DNA from: Albugo candida
Lineage: Eukaryota
NCBI GenBank assembly: GCA_040437565.1
Contig: JBDOQK010000020.1
Coordinates: forward strand, 310,001-374,000
Reading direction: 5' to 3'
DNA: 64,000 nucleotides
In this document: piece after piece, positions 51,940 to 63,201 of the stretch
Layout: every line of letters starts with the position of its first letter
Position numbering within the stretch: the stretch's first letter is position 1
Program-made: the position numbers and the translations under genes
Notes under the pieces: generated by a model
What the model was told of the DNA's origin: nothing
Databases searched by the model: none
The model's input: the letters and a program-made list of their open reading frames with translations, nothing else

Positions 51940-52479
51940 AATGTCATGCAGCTATATAGGAAATGTTGCAGATCTTGAGGATTTGTTGCAACAGATCCAT
52001 GGCAAAAAAGGCAATTTGCTTAGCACCAGGAAAGGAAAATATAAACAAAATCTGCTATAGAGAAATGCCTTGGATGGGCGATTTCATGACCAAGCTTGTA
52101 ACAGGGTATCACGATTTGCAGTGAACAATTCTACCGTCTGGTATGCATGAGATAGAAAAACATCAGTTCAGTATGTTTTGGACAAATGTTAGCAATTTCA
52201 TATTTCCATCATGCTGACAAACGTCTGGCAGCAAATGGCACTTGGCACTTGGTTTATTGTATTGCATATTCCTCTCGCCCTATGATCAAGTTGATGGAAA
52301 GATAAACTACTTTTGAATCCATTACTTTCATCAATAGCGTCGCTCACATTCGTTGAGCATTACGCCCATGATAACAAGCTAATTTCGTCTCTCATAGCTT
52401 ACGAGCTCATTTGAGCCTCATATACATCGAACAGTTTTCGGTGGTTAGGGGTGACGCCCTGCCTGGGTCATGCCCACAG

Positions 52480-53680
52480 CTTCTAATTCTGACGGCTCTT
52501 TAATCCGGTTTTTAAGACCCTCCAACTCGGCCCCTTCAATGTTCGCGGACTAACGTCGAACATAAAGCAGACATGCTTGAGGAAAGATCGCGCGCGGTAC
52601 AACTTGGACGTATGTGCTCTGCAGGACACTAAAATGACAGAAGCTCTCGTCGACTTCCGAAGGCCATCCGATCGAATCATACTTCTTCCTTCAGCGACAC
52701 CCTATTACGGTCTTGGATTTATTTTGTCCGATTGAGCTGCTAATCATGTGCATCGGTATTGGATGGTCAGCTACCGCATCGCCGCATTACAGTTGAAACT
52801 CTCTAAGAAAGTCACGGTTTCATTCATCTACGTCTATGCCCCGCATATGGGACGCTCTGCAGACGAATCTGATGCCTTTTATGAGACACTTCAGCAAACA
52901 ATACAGCGCTTTCGTCACCAGCTTTTCTTCATTTTGGGAGACTTTAACGCCNNNNNNNNNNNNNNNNNNNNNNNNNNNNNNNNNNNNNNNNNNNNNNNNN
53001 NNNNNNNNNNNNNNNNNNNNNNNNNNNNNNNNNNNNNNNNNNNNNNNNNNNTTTTGGAAAGTATGGATTCACTCTCACTTACTCCCAGAAACACTACGCG
53101 TTCGCTTATACAATATCCATGTGTTACCTATCCTACTGTACAACTGTGGAACATGGGGTCTCACAGAACGCGACATTGGCAGTCTTGAAGCGTATCACCG
53201 ACGTCACCTTCGCCGCATCCTCCGCATCCACTACCCTCAGCAAATCAGCAACGCGGAACTATAGAAGCGCTGTAACACAAAACCGCTTCGAATCCACCTG
53301 ATGAGGTCTCGCTGGACTCTTTGGTCATATTCTCCGCCGCGCACAGCCTATTCCAGCTTAAATGAACATGCTCCGATATTATGATTCTGCTGGTAATTTG
53401 CCGACTCATCGGGGCCGCACACCTACTTGCCTCCCAACCGTTCTCGACAAGGATCTACGGCTCGACATAACTTCCAGTGTACGTCTCCGCAGTACCGCAG
53501 ATCTGTACGCCCTATCAAATATAGCACAAGACCGCGCATTATGGAAAGAACTTACTCAGCGTGTCTGCAATAGCCAGGAACTAATTTACCGGAATAAAGA
53601 AACAGTCAGGCGTAAGCGAAAGCTAGAGTCTGCTAATACGGACTTGATGCCGCCGCGAAAACGCACATAATAATAATATA
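52480..53680 (+). mobile_element. Non-LTR retrotransposon (RTE-like LINE) remnant, interrupted by a gap
   Basis: APE endonuclease motifs (FNVRGL, DVCALQDT, YVYAP, LGDFNA). RTE-type post-RT region (RLYNIHVLPILLYNCGTW, GHILRR, RGR, AQDRALW), in-frame stops, and a (TAA)n tail near 53668. Confidence 0.85.
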
Positions 53681-54338
53681 TCGAACAGGAGAGCGAACCC
53701 CCAGAACTATGACATGTATTCCAAGTCGATCATCAACTGGAAGAAAGCTGTAGCTGCATGACAACGGGACCTTGGCACATGCTTCCCCTTTCATGCTTGT
53801 TTTGGAAGGGCTTATCGTAGAAATACTCCAAATCAAAACATAGCATTCATTTCATACGACATGTAATATGTCGTAATGGAAGTAATTCATGCGGCACCGA
53901 TTGCCTCCATTACATCAGCGATAATCGTATCAATAAAATATAATCATACAATAAGGAAAATAGCATTCTGAGTCGATCAAGTGACTCCCTCTACTCATCA
54001 ACACTTTTGTATCTATCAAGGTCTATAATGAGACTTTCCAAGCCAGCTTTTGAGACGATGTTGTTGACCGTATAAGTTCGCACATTTCATTTTACATCGC
54101 ATCTGTTCTATCTCGTAAACACGGAGCTAGCACGTCAGGAGTCTCTGTGTTTGAATCCTTTCTCTCAGAGGTTATCCCTTCAACAGAGTACAAGGTGGCA
54201 ATCATTAAGAATACAAGAGCGGCCGTAGCGGACAACAATTTGCATTAGATTCGATTCCTAGGCTCTCAATACCGATTGAGCTCGCTATGGGATAGCTTGC
54301 AACATACACAACACGATGAACGGCATTTAAACAGACGC

Positions 54339-55685
54339 TCAAAACTTCTCGAAAGTGAATGCTCTCAGCAGTTCCAAAGAATTTTCCGGTTGATTTAATG
54401 GTACCATGTGGCCAGCATTGTAAACTTGTACGAACGATAGCGCACCTGCAGTACGAATTTTTCCAGCAGTAGCATTGTTTACTTTCCAGTCAACATCGTG
54501 TGCAGATGCAAATTGACTTTTCAATTTCCAATCCAATGCAAGTGTCCAAGCTTTGCATCCGATCCAATTCACGATGTAGTCCGCATCGCCAGCGTACACT
54601 AGAACTCGGATACCAGACTCCAGCAAGGGCACCAGGAGCTGCTGGAAATTTTTCATCCAGTCAAAAGCGAATCCGGCATACACAACAGGATTGCAAGCAG
54701 TCCATTTCGGACCATGAGGATCCACGTTCAACTTCCTTAAAACTTCATCCATTCTCAAAAATTTCTCCACATTCGAGAAATTATAACACATGGGTGGGTG
54801 CTCGCATTTTTCACGAATATCGTACACATTGAGCCCAGACTGTTGATAAGGAAGAAGGAGAGCCGCATTACAGAAGGACTCGGCAGCCAAACACGCTGAT
54901 TTCATATTTTGACATGCCTTGATCATGGCAACACAAACTTCAGCAGCCATTTTCATGGCAACATACGTCATATGAGATACTGCGGTAACACCGTATGTGT
55001 TATGGTATGCCATTTCTGGATATGAACGATATTGTACTTGAGGATCAGTAAGTCCGTTTCCAATACCCACTCCCTGTAAATTTATATGGATACCAGTTTT
55101 TCGTTGATTTTCGACAAAAATTCGGTTAGCGACCGCAGGGACATAATGTCCTCCATAACTCTCCCCAAAGACATAAAATGGTTGCGTTTTGTACTCTGGA
55201 TGTGCCTGGAAAAATTCCTGAATGAATCTGTACATGTCTTGCCCGATTTCTTTTTCATTCGTGTCATACTCATCAACATTACCATAGCTGAATCCGACTC
55301 CAGCAGGTTGATCGATCCAAACAACGTTGGCATTGGCATTCCAGCCATATGGATTTCTGTGCAAGGAGCCATTTTTGCTCAAAAGACAGGGACCGTTTTC
55401 TATCAGTAGTGCTAGCATAGAGCTACAGCCTGGTCCACCAGTAAGCCATATAACGAGCGGGTCCGTTTTTGGATCGGAACGAGACTCAAAGAACCAGTAA
55501 AAGTAGTGCTTGGATTTCGATCCATCGATTTTCAAGTAACCGCTTAATTGCTTTGGTGTGTCACAGAAGTCCGTTTCTACAAAGGTTTCGATTAGTGCAT
55601 AACTTTCATTTATCTCGGAACTCTCTGTCGCGGCGATACAGACAGAGAAAGAAAGAAGGACTAACGGGATGATTTGAGATCGCAT
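54339..55685 (-). CDS. Secreted serine carboxypeptidase (S10)
   Basis: Signal peptide; [37 protein letters not shown]. Confidence 0.95.
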   Translation of the reverse strand: MRSQIIPLVLLSFSVCIAATESSEINESYALIETFVETDFCDTPKQLSGYLKIDGSKSKHYFYWFFESRSDPKTDPLVIWLTGGPGCSSMLALLIENGPCLLSKNGSLHRNPYGWNANANVVWIDQPAGVGFSYGNVDEYDTNEKEIGQDMYRFIQEFFQAHPEYKTQPFYVFGESYGGHYVPAVANRIFVENQRKTGIHINLQGVGIGNGLTDPQVQYRSYPEMAYHNTYGVTAVSHMTYVAMKMAAEVCVAMIKACQNMKSACLAAESFCNAALLLPYQQSGLNVYDIREKCEHPPMCYNFSNVEKFLRMDEVLRKLNVDPHGPKWTACNPVVYAGFAFDWMKNFQQLLVPLLESGIRVLVYAGDADYIVNWIGCKAWTLALDWKLKSQFASAHDVDWKVNNATAGKIRTAGALSFVQVYNAGHMVPLNQPENSLELLRAFTFEKF

Positions 55686-55967
55686 AGCACAATATCTTTT
55701 CCCAGCGATTCTATTTTTTAGCTGCCCTTATTATAGCGCGGTGTACTGACAATGCTTGAGTACAGCGCTCAGGATGGAAGAATGTCTAAGACTATTTTAC
55801 GCCAAGCATAATCCTGGCAATTTGGAAAATGTGTACGTCTTCCTGCAACACAAAGCATCGGCTGAATGATTTGGTGTGATAGAGCTGAAATTACGCGGCG
55901 ATTCCGAGGTCGCGAGTTAGAATTGTGCGCAAAATTGAGAAATAAGTATGGCTGTACACCCACCTTG

Positions 55968-56549
55968 ATGCAACCTTACGAGTCCGTGCCGTACCCAAAT
56001 CCAAAAATCTTCTCGAGACAGTTAGTATACAGATGCTATTCTGAACATGTCAGCTAGACTTACTTAGGATTTCTTCGTAGTGTAGAGAGGCATCACGAGG
56101 CTGCAATAACATTTATACAAAATCGTCCGTCACATGCAGCACCGAGATTATTCAACGCCATCGCAGGTACCATATCAACCGATCACTGCCAATATAGTGT
56201 ATTGACAGACTTCATAGGTACATTCGCACAAGGACCACTAAGCTTTTTGTACAGCTGTCTCCAAAAGCGAAGGTATGTGAGGGTCATTTTGAGGCGTGTC
56301 GACAATATCCGGGGATTTTGTACCGCGTATCTAAAAGCGTTTGATAAGCATTGCAACTTGATTTTACTGGATGTGAAGGAGTGTGTTATACACAGAAACA
56401 TGAAAAAGAGAAACATTCAGTATCGCTATAGCATCTACAAACTGACAACGTACGAGCACGACAAAGCTGGCGGGATGAATATAGAATCACGATACCACGA
56501 GCAACTATTCGTACGTGGGGATAACATTGTGATGATTTACGCGGTTTGA
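55968..56549 (+). CDS. Sm-fold protein, Lsm11-like (alternatively divergent SmD2-like), 3 or more exons
   Basis: Sm1 GPLSFLYSCL...VRVILRRVDNIRGFCTAYLKAFDKHCNLILLDVKE and Sm2 RYHEQLFVRGDNIVMI. Intron 56167-56208, and an upstream exon encoding VPYPNPKIF. Confidence 0.75.
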
Positions 56550-56999
56550 CTATGAGCATATCGCGTTCAACATAGCCTAAGAAAGTAGTCTACACTGATT
56601 ACGAATACGGCGAGGATCTTCATAAATACTTGTTTATCTATGGTAAATGCTTCTTCATTTAGAATCAGCGTGGTGGTACTTTAATATCATCAGATCCAGA
56701 TATGAGATTATTCCATCAGTAAAAAATTAGAGTATGTATATGTCAACATCATTGATTCCATTGGGATCTCAATCTATTGTTACATCTTGTGGAATTTTTG
56801 TGAATGAGTGTTTAGAGGCTCTCAATTTCACTCCATTCGTTGTCAGCCAATCAAAATTGGAGGCACTAGGGAGATGACTGACATTATGTAGGCACCCCAC
56901 ATTGGTCAACCACGTTCTGTTACATAAAAAAAGTCTTCCCTGATGCAGAGAATCCTTTTAATTAACTAACAACTCTTTCAAAATTGAAGAGGTTCTAGT

Positions 57000-59900
57000 A
57001 TGGAAAATAATGCCTCTCTGATACCACCTCCCCCTCCTTCTCCTCCTCCGCTTCCTCCAAGCTCTCCTTGCTCCGCTACACAAACTACAAATGAGACAGA
57101 GAAGAAGAAGGCACTCCTTGTTTACCAAAGCTATCAACCGTCTGCTTCAGAGGACGATGACGATGATGAAAGAGAAGAAGATGAAGATATTGAAGACGAA
57201 CAAAATGAATCTGTAGAAGGAGACAACGAAGGAAAGTGGAAAATCGGCAATCAAGAATCCCACCTGATGAAAGCTTCTGAGTCTGTGGCCGCGGGCCAAG
57301 ACTCTAGAGAATCCAATATGGCAGAGGACGACGAAGATGATGAAGACGTTTCAGCTCATGCGCATTCTGATGAAGATTTGGATTCCCTACCACCAATCGA
57401 GAAAGCAGATCTGTTGTTGATGACCACTAAGCCTCGAAATGATCATAACTCACAAATCTACTCAACAAATCATTCGTTTTACAAGAAAGCCACCATGGAA
57501 GGCAATATATCTTCTATCCCAGATGATATAGGGACAGATAAATTACAATGCAGAGATGCGACAAGTCCTCTGATCGAAGGTAAAGGAGCTTCACGAAATC
57601 TCAAATCGAGCAATCGACGTACCACAAATGTTCGCCGTGAATGTGAGGTCTGTCATGAATGTCGGGGAGGCCGAAGGGCAATGATTTGTACTGTCTGTAA
57701 ATGCATGTATCATTCAAGTTGTTATCGCAAAAATATCTCCAAATCTGTTCATATCACACCAGATAAGCAATGGTATTGCCCGGAATGCGATCCAGGTGCA
57801 AGTGGGCAAGTGGAGAATGAAGATTTTCGAGCCATCGAGTATGGGCTTAATGCAACTCCTCGAACATCTCGTCGTAATGACCCAAGTGGGAGTGGCTCAC
57901 ATATCAAAAACACAATGAAGGAGGGCGCTGCAGGCAATCGAAGTGCATCTAATACTGCAAATTCCCATTGTGACACCGGAATAGTGACACAACTAGAAGA
58001 AAAACTTAAATGGGTCAGTGACGTTGCACTACATGGTGGTAAACAAGCAAACTGGATAATTCTTGAACAAACAAATGACATTCTTGCCATTCTTGTTCCA
58101 GTATTAGCAAGTTTGAAAGAAAAAATGAGCCAACAGGGGAACCTGACGGAAGTATCGAATCAAAGTCCTGTGTCTATCAATACGCTGAGTGAGCATCCAG
58201 ATCTTGGGAAATCATCGTCCGAAAGCACAGCGAAAAATCAAGACTTCNNNNNNNNNNNNNNNNNNNNNNNNNNNNNNNNNNNNNNNNNNNNNNNNNNNNN
58301 NNNNNNNNNNNNNNNNNNNNNNNNNNNNNNNNNNNNNNNNNNNNNNNGGCTTAATGCAACTCCTCGAACATCTCGTCGTAATGACCCAAGTGGGAGTGGC
58401 TCACATATCAAAAACACAATGAAGGAGGGCGCTGCAGGCAATCGAAGTGCATCTAATACTGCAAATTCCCATTGTGACACCGGAATAGTGACACAACTAG
58501 AAGAAAAACTTAAATGGGTCAGTGACGTTGCACTACATGGTGGTAAACAAGCAAACTGGATAATTCTTGAACAAACAAATGACATTCTTGCCATTCTTGT
58601 TCCAGTATTAGCAAGTTTGAAAGAAAAAATGAGCCAACAGGGGAACCTGACGGAAGTATCGAATCAAAGTCCTGTGTCTATCAATACGCTGAGTGAGCAT
58701 CCAGATCTTGGGAAATCATCGTCCGAAAGCACAGCGAAAAATCAAGACTTCCCGGCATTGATGAAGTGGGTGCACGAAGAGCTGACCGCTCTTAAACACG
58801 TCACTCAACAGCTGCAGATGGCCGGAATACAATACGAAATCGATATGATACGGGAAATTCGGATGGTATCCTCTTCTGCTGATGGTAAAAACGGACTTTA
58901 TCCGGGGCCAAATGGCTTCAAGAATTCAAATGGTCGGCTGGGATGTTCATCAGGAACGGGATCTGGTTTGTTTCGAGGGGCTAGCGGAACAGGTGGTGGG
59001 GCTGGAGGCGGTTCTAAAGTCAAAAATGGAGCTAGTCGTCTTTATTCCTCGAAACAGATTCAAAAGCTAGAAGAATGGTATCAAAAGTCCTCAAGGCCAG
59101 AAGCTAGTGAAATACAGGCAATGTATCGTATTATCAATAGTGCGGAATACGCTGACCGTGAATTACAACCGGATGGTATCTCGGTCAAGCAGATTCGAAT
59201 TTGGTTTGACAATCGGCGTGCCAAAGAAAGACTCGACTATATGCGACTGAAAATGAAGGACATTTCCACTGCCGATATGGACGCTGAAAGCGTCAAGAAG
59301 ATGAAAGCGGCATATATCGATGAAGCTAAAGAGGTATTGGAAGCGCGTGTATCGCGTTTACGTGAAAATGGCAAAAGCGCTACGCAGATTGTCGATGAAG
59401 CCGATCTGCTGCTCATAGCTAGTGGAGAACGGCCACTCGCTTCCAAACCTCCACGATCAAGTCAAAATACTTCTAAAGCTTCGTCTGGACAAAATTCCTC
59501 CGTGAGTGGCGCACATAAAAGTAGCTTGATCGATCAAAAACCACCACTAAGCTTGAAAAAGAGAATACGAATGGATTCTGTTGCATCGGTGCGAAAAGCG
59601 GTCAAGGAGGCAAAAGACACAGGAAAGACAGAGGACGAAATCAGATCCATCCGTACCACAGCTATTGAGGTTGCTAAGCAACGCCTGCACATCCCGTACA
59701 AGAATGCCCGCGTTGGACCTTCCAGACCATTGGGGAAAAACGAAGTCACTCACATCAAATTCAAAATGCTAAAGCTCTTGGAAGAAGGTGCACCAGCAGA
59801 AGAAGTGACGGATATAATCGAATTACTCTTATCTGTCGTCATTCCTCGTCAAGTTTTGCTCGATTCTGGGCTAACAAGGCAACTTGAATTGGCGCTAAAA

Positions 59901-61172
59901 GCGCATCGGGAGAACAAAGAGCTAGTCAAGCAAACAAAGAAGCTTTTAGACGAATTCCAAGCAATCATAGATCGAGGCGAAGAAGCTGACGCATTAGAGG
60001 TTGATGACGTCACTGGGCTGAGCAAATCTATTGCAGACTCTGACGTGCTACCCAGTCACCCGATCGCCTCGACTGGTGTTAGCACACAATCGCCTGCAGC
60101 ATCACCAGATCAAAGCAAACGCGCTCGTACTGGAAAGTTCTCAATTGCGCAGCTGAAAAAACTCGAAAAGTATTTCAAAAAGGACGATACGCCGAGTAAG
60201 AAGAAGCTGGAAAAACTTTCTGAGAAGCTTAGTGCGATGGCAACAGAAGAAGGCGGAAAGACTCTGGATTACAAACAATTACGTGGCTGGTTCTATAAAC
60301 GTCGGTCTTCCAATCAACCTCCGCATGCTCTGCTCGTAGCAGGCAGCAAACAACAAGAAGGAAGCGGAAATGCAATGGGTGATGACGTCATGTCCTCCTC
60401 ATCGTCAAGCAGTAGCGAGACAGAATCCGATAGCAATGAGAGCGTCGCGTCTTCAATTGACTCACGGCAAAGCTTAGCCGATAGCAGCAATGGTAGTACA
60501 TTGAAGCGCAAATCACTAGCAGATTTTCCCGTACCATCTTCCAAAAAGCGAAATCGGGTAGGAGCAGCTAGCAAAGATTCAAAGGCAGCGTTGCAATCCA
60601 AGACGTTCAATGTAAAGCAGCTATCAACTCTGATTGAATCGTACGAACGCAATCCGAGTCCTAATTCATCACGCATGGACGAACTTGTTCATATCCTCAA
60701 CCACGACGATCACTCTGGTGAGCAGAACGCGAATACTGTGACAAAGCAACAGATTCAGGCGTGGTTTGGACGTCGGCGTGCCAAAGAGAAGAAGGATATC
60801 TTGAAGCTACAGAGCAAAGAAGCACCAGTTCGAAAAATGTCCACCGGGAGTTCTAGTAGCTCAGAAACTGATGAAGAAGATTCGCAAAAGTATCTGAACC
60901 CGAGCGCGCGAAAAGAGCTGTTTTCGAATGAGAATAAAGGATCAAATGTCGCGATAGCGTCTGATGGTCATATCAAGAGTGAAGATGGTCAGTTTGCCGA
61001 CGAAATTCACCATAAAGAGAATGATGAGGATGCAAGCGATGATGAGCAGGATGATATCGATATTGAGGTTGAGATCGATGAAGACGATGATGACGATGAC
61101 GATGACGATGACGATGATGATGAGCAGGGCGACAAAGAAGATGTGGATTTAGCCGAAACTCCGAAGACGTAA
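57000..61172 (+). CDS. PHD finger + three homeodomain-like repeats + TFIIS-N-like domain protein (~1222 aa after collapsing the overlap)
   Basis: C4HC3 PHD (CEVC...CTVC...HSSC...WYCPEC), helix-3 motifs IRIWFDNRRAK, LRGWFYKRRS, IQAWFGRRRAK, and acidic termini. 57844-58247 is duplicated at 58348-58751 across the gap. Confidence 0.88.
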   Translation: MENNASLIPPPPPSPPPLPPSSPCSATQTTNETEKKKALLVYQSYQPSASEDDDDDEREEDEDIEDEQNESVEGDNEGKWKIGNQESHLMKASESVAAGQDSRESNMAEDDEDDEDVSAHAHSDEDLDSLPPIEKADLLLMTTKPRNDHNSQIYSTNHSFYKKATMEGNISSIPDDIGTDKLQCRDATSPLIEGKGASRNLKSSNRRTTNVRRECEVCHECRGGRRAMICTVCKCMYHSSCYRKNISKSVHITPDKQWYCPECDPGASGQVENEDFRAIEYGLNATPRTSRRNDPSGSGSHIKNTMKEGAAGNRSASNTANSHCDTGIVTQLEEKLKWVSDVALHGGKQANWIILEQTNDILAILVPVLASLKEKMSQQGNLTEVSNQSPVSINTLSEHPDLGKSSSESTAKNQDFXXXXXXXXXXXXXXXXXXXXXXXXXXXXXXXXXXLNATPRTSRRNDPSGSGSHIKNTMKEGAAGNRSASNTANSHCDTGIVTQLEEKLKWVSDVALHGGKQANWIILEQTNDILAILVPVLASLKEKMSQQGNLTEVSNQSPVSINTLSEHPDLGKSSSESTAKNQDFPALMKWVHEELTALKHVTQQLQMAGIQYEIDMIREIRMVSSSADGKNGLYPGPNGFKNSNGRLGCSSGTGSGLFRGASGTGGGAGGGSKVKNGASRLYSSKQIQKLEEWYQKSSRPEASEIQAMYRIINSAEYADRELQPDGISVKQIRIWFDNRRAKERLDYMRLKMKDISTADMDAESVKKMKAAYIDEAKEVLEARVSRLRENGKSATQIVDEADLLLIASGERPLASKPPRSSQNTSKASSGQNSSVSGAHKSSLIDQKPPLSLKKRIRMDSVASVRKAVKEAKDTGKTEDEIRSIRTTAIEVAKQRLHIPYKNARVGPSRPLGKNEVTHIKFKMLKLLEEGAPAEEVTDIIELLLSVVIPRQVLLDSGLTRQLELALKAHRENKELVKQTKKLLDEFQAIIDRGEEADALEVDDVTGLSKSIADSDVLPSHPIASTGVSTQSPAASPDQSKRARTGKFSIAQLKKLEKYFKKDDTPSKKKLEKLSEKLSAMATEEGGKTLDYKQLRGWFYKRRSSNQPPHALLVAGSKQQEGSGNAMGDDVMSSSSSSSSETESDSNESVASSIDSRQSLADSSNGSTLKRKSLADFPVPSSKKRNRVGAASKDSKAALQSKTFNVKQLSTLIESYERNPSPNSSRMDELVHILNHDDHSGEQNANTVTKQQIQAWFGRRRAKEKKDILKLQSKEAPVRKMSTGSSSSSETDEEDSQKYLNPSARKELFSNENKGSNVAIASDGHIKSEDGQFADEIHHKENDEDASDDEQDDIDIEVEIDEDDDDDDDDDDDDDEQGDKEDVDLAETPKT

Positions 61173-61259
61173 GCAATCAAAACCAATAAACTTTTTCTGT
61201 GCCGTTTTGGTCTATTTTTGTATTCGGATGCGCGGCCGCTTGACCACACGAGTTCTGAG

Positions 61260-62878
61260 ATGTCTGCAGGTAAATCACGTTCAAACCAAGGCAATATGAA
61301 TGCTCGATACCGTCGCCTCGCACCCCAAGCGCGGATTGATGAGTCATTGTTCGGGAAAACGAAAAGGAAGAAAACTGTGTCTTTGGCAGGAAGGTGATGC
61401 AAACGCAATGTGATATGAGCTCAAAGAATGCTAATGTCTTGTGGCATGCTAGAGATATTGTCGAGTGTAATCCAGTCGAACGAACGGACAATCAGAAAAT
61501 CGTTAAAACGCTCAAAGGGAACCACAATTGTGTGATGATTTCCGATGGAGAACTTTCGAGATTAAAGTATGAGAGCACTATAATAAGTTTGCAAGATGCA
61601 CAAGCTGCCGAGGCACAACGAGAGCAAGAACAAGAAGAAAAGTTATCAGCTATCAAAAAGAAAAAAGAGAGGATGATCATGTTAGGCCAAGAAGCAGCGA
61701 GAAGGGCACCCAAGTCTGAATTTGAGCAACTCATGGAAGAAGAGAGAAAGGAAACACTCGAACGCGCTCAAGTGCTTAAAGATCACTCACATGATACAAT
61801 CAAACTTTTGAAAACATTGGGTGCACGAGCACAGGCATTCACAATTCGAGACCAACAACGCCTTGTGAAAGAAGAACTAGAAGAAGATAGTAAACGTTAC
61901 GAAGAAAAAATGAATACTTTGATGGAACTCGAACGACTTCAAGGTCTACAACGCGAGGAAGAATTACATTCAGAACAACGGGCAAAGCGCACTGCAGATC
62001 GTTTGGTTCTAGAAGAACAAATTGAGCAGCGTCGGCAGCAACGAGAGGAGCTGAATGCTCGAACGCAGCATGAGGGCCGGGAACTCGTGGCTCAAATGAA
62101 ACGACAACAGGAAGAACAACGTGAGAAGGAATTATCACGGCGACAACACGCTTTGGAAACGTCACATGAGATACGAAAATTCAATGCGCAATCGAAGCAG
62201 TACAAAGAGGAGCTTAAACGAAGACAAAAGGAGGAAGACGATAAAATAGAACGATATCAACGAGAAAAAGATGAGGAAGTAAAAGAACGAGAAATGCAGG
62301 AGGCGAAAAAACGGCATGAAGCTGAAGTCAGAATTGCACGATTACGCGCAAATCAGGAGAAAATGGCGAACGAAAAATCTGAAATGGACGAACTCCGCGC
62401 AAAACGCGCGGCCGAAGCCCGCGAACGTCAAGCTCGCGATCTGGAGCTTCACCTGGCAAAGAAGACACGTGAAGATATGGCAGAATTGCAAAAAGCGAGA
62501 GAACTGCAAGCTTTACATTCACAAGGTGCCCGGGTGCAAGAAGCGATCCTCCAACAGCAGGAATATCAGTCTATCATGACGCAAGTCGAAGCTGATAAAG
62601 CACGAGTTAAACGAGAGAAAGAAGAGACCAAAATCAGTAGAATTGAGCACCGCAGAGCGCTACAACAACAAATCGAAGAAAAAGATCGGAATCAGAAAGA
62701 TGCTTTCCAAACGAAACAAATTGAAGGTCAAACATTAAAGGATGAGTATGCTAAAGAGCTGGCTAAATTAGAAAGACTGAGGCTAGAACAAGTCGAACAA
62801 CTCGAACGTTCAGGTGTCAATCCTCTGTACCTAGTTGAAATGAAAGCCTTGGACATTGCCCGAGCTAGGAATCGATAG
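61260..62878 (+). CDS. CFAP45: Cilia- and flagella-associated protein 45 (CCDC19)-like, 2 exons
   Basis: Exon 1 has RYR...IDESLFG, intron 61394-61452, then an E/R/K/Q coiled coil with IRDQQ, DELRAKR and terminal GV...Y. Confidence 0.8.
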
Positions 62879-63201
62879 GATAGCCTAGCGCCAAGTTATA
62901 ATAATCGTGGATGAATTCGTAGGCGATCATAAAGTTAGAGCTCGAGGAAAGACGATCGATCTCTTCAGTTTGTGCCAATCAGACTCCATCGACATCACAC
63001 CCACAAATTACCTGATACTTATTCGCGAGATTCCATTTTTGCCTCAGAATCCGCTTTGTGCTCAACTACGCTCAAATTGCACTAAACACTTTACTTTTGA
63101 TGAGTGCTGTAACACAAGCTGATTCACCGTCACATACTACAAAGGTAGGAACCTCGCAACAAACCGACTCGAACGCCTCTTCGGTAGGGAGTGGGGCCTT
63201 C

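Noticed and set aside
57844-58751. Internal ~134-aa tandem repeat in the homeodomain protein
   Set aside because: Identical copies directly flank a 100-N gap; same artefact as the other gaps.
61078-61122. (GAT/GAC)n microsatellite
   Set aside because: It encodes the poly-Asp tail of the homeodomain protein; the antisense poly-Ser and His-Arg ORFs are shadows.
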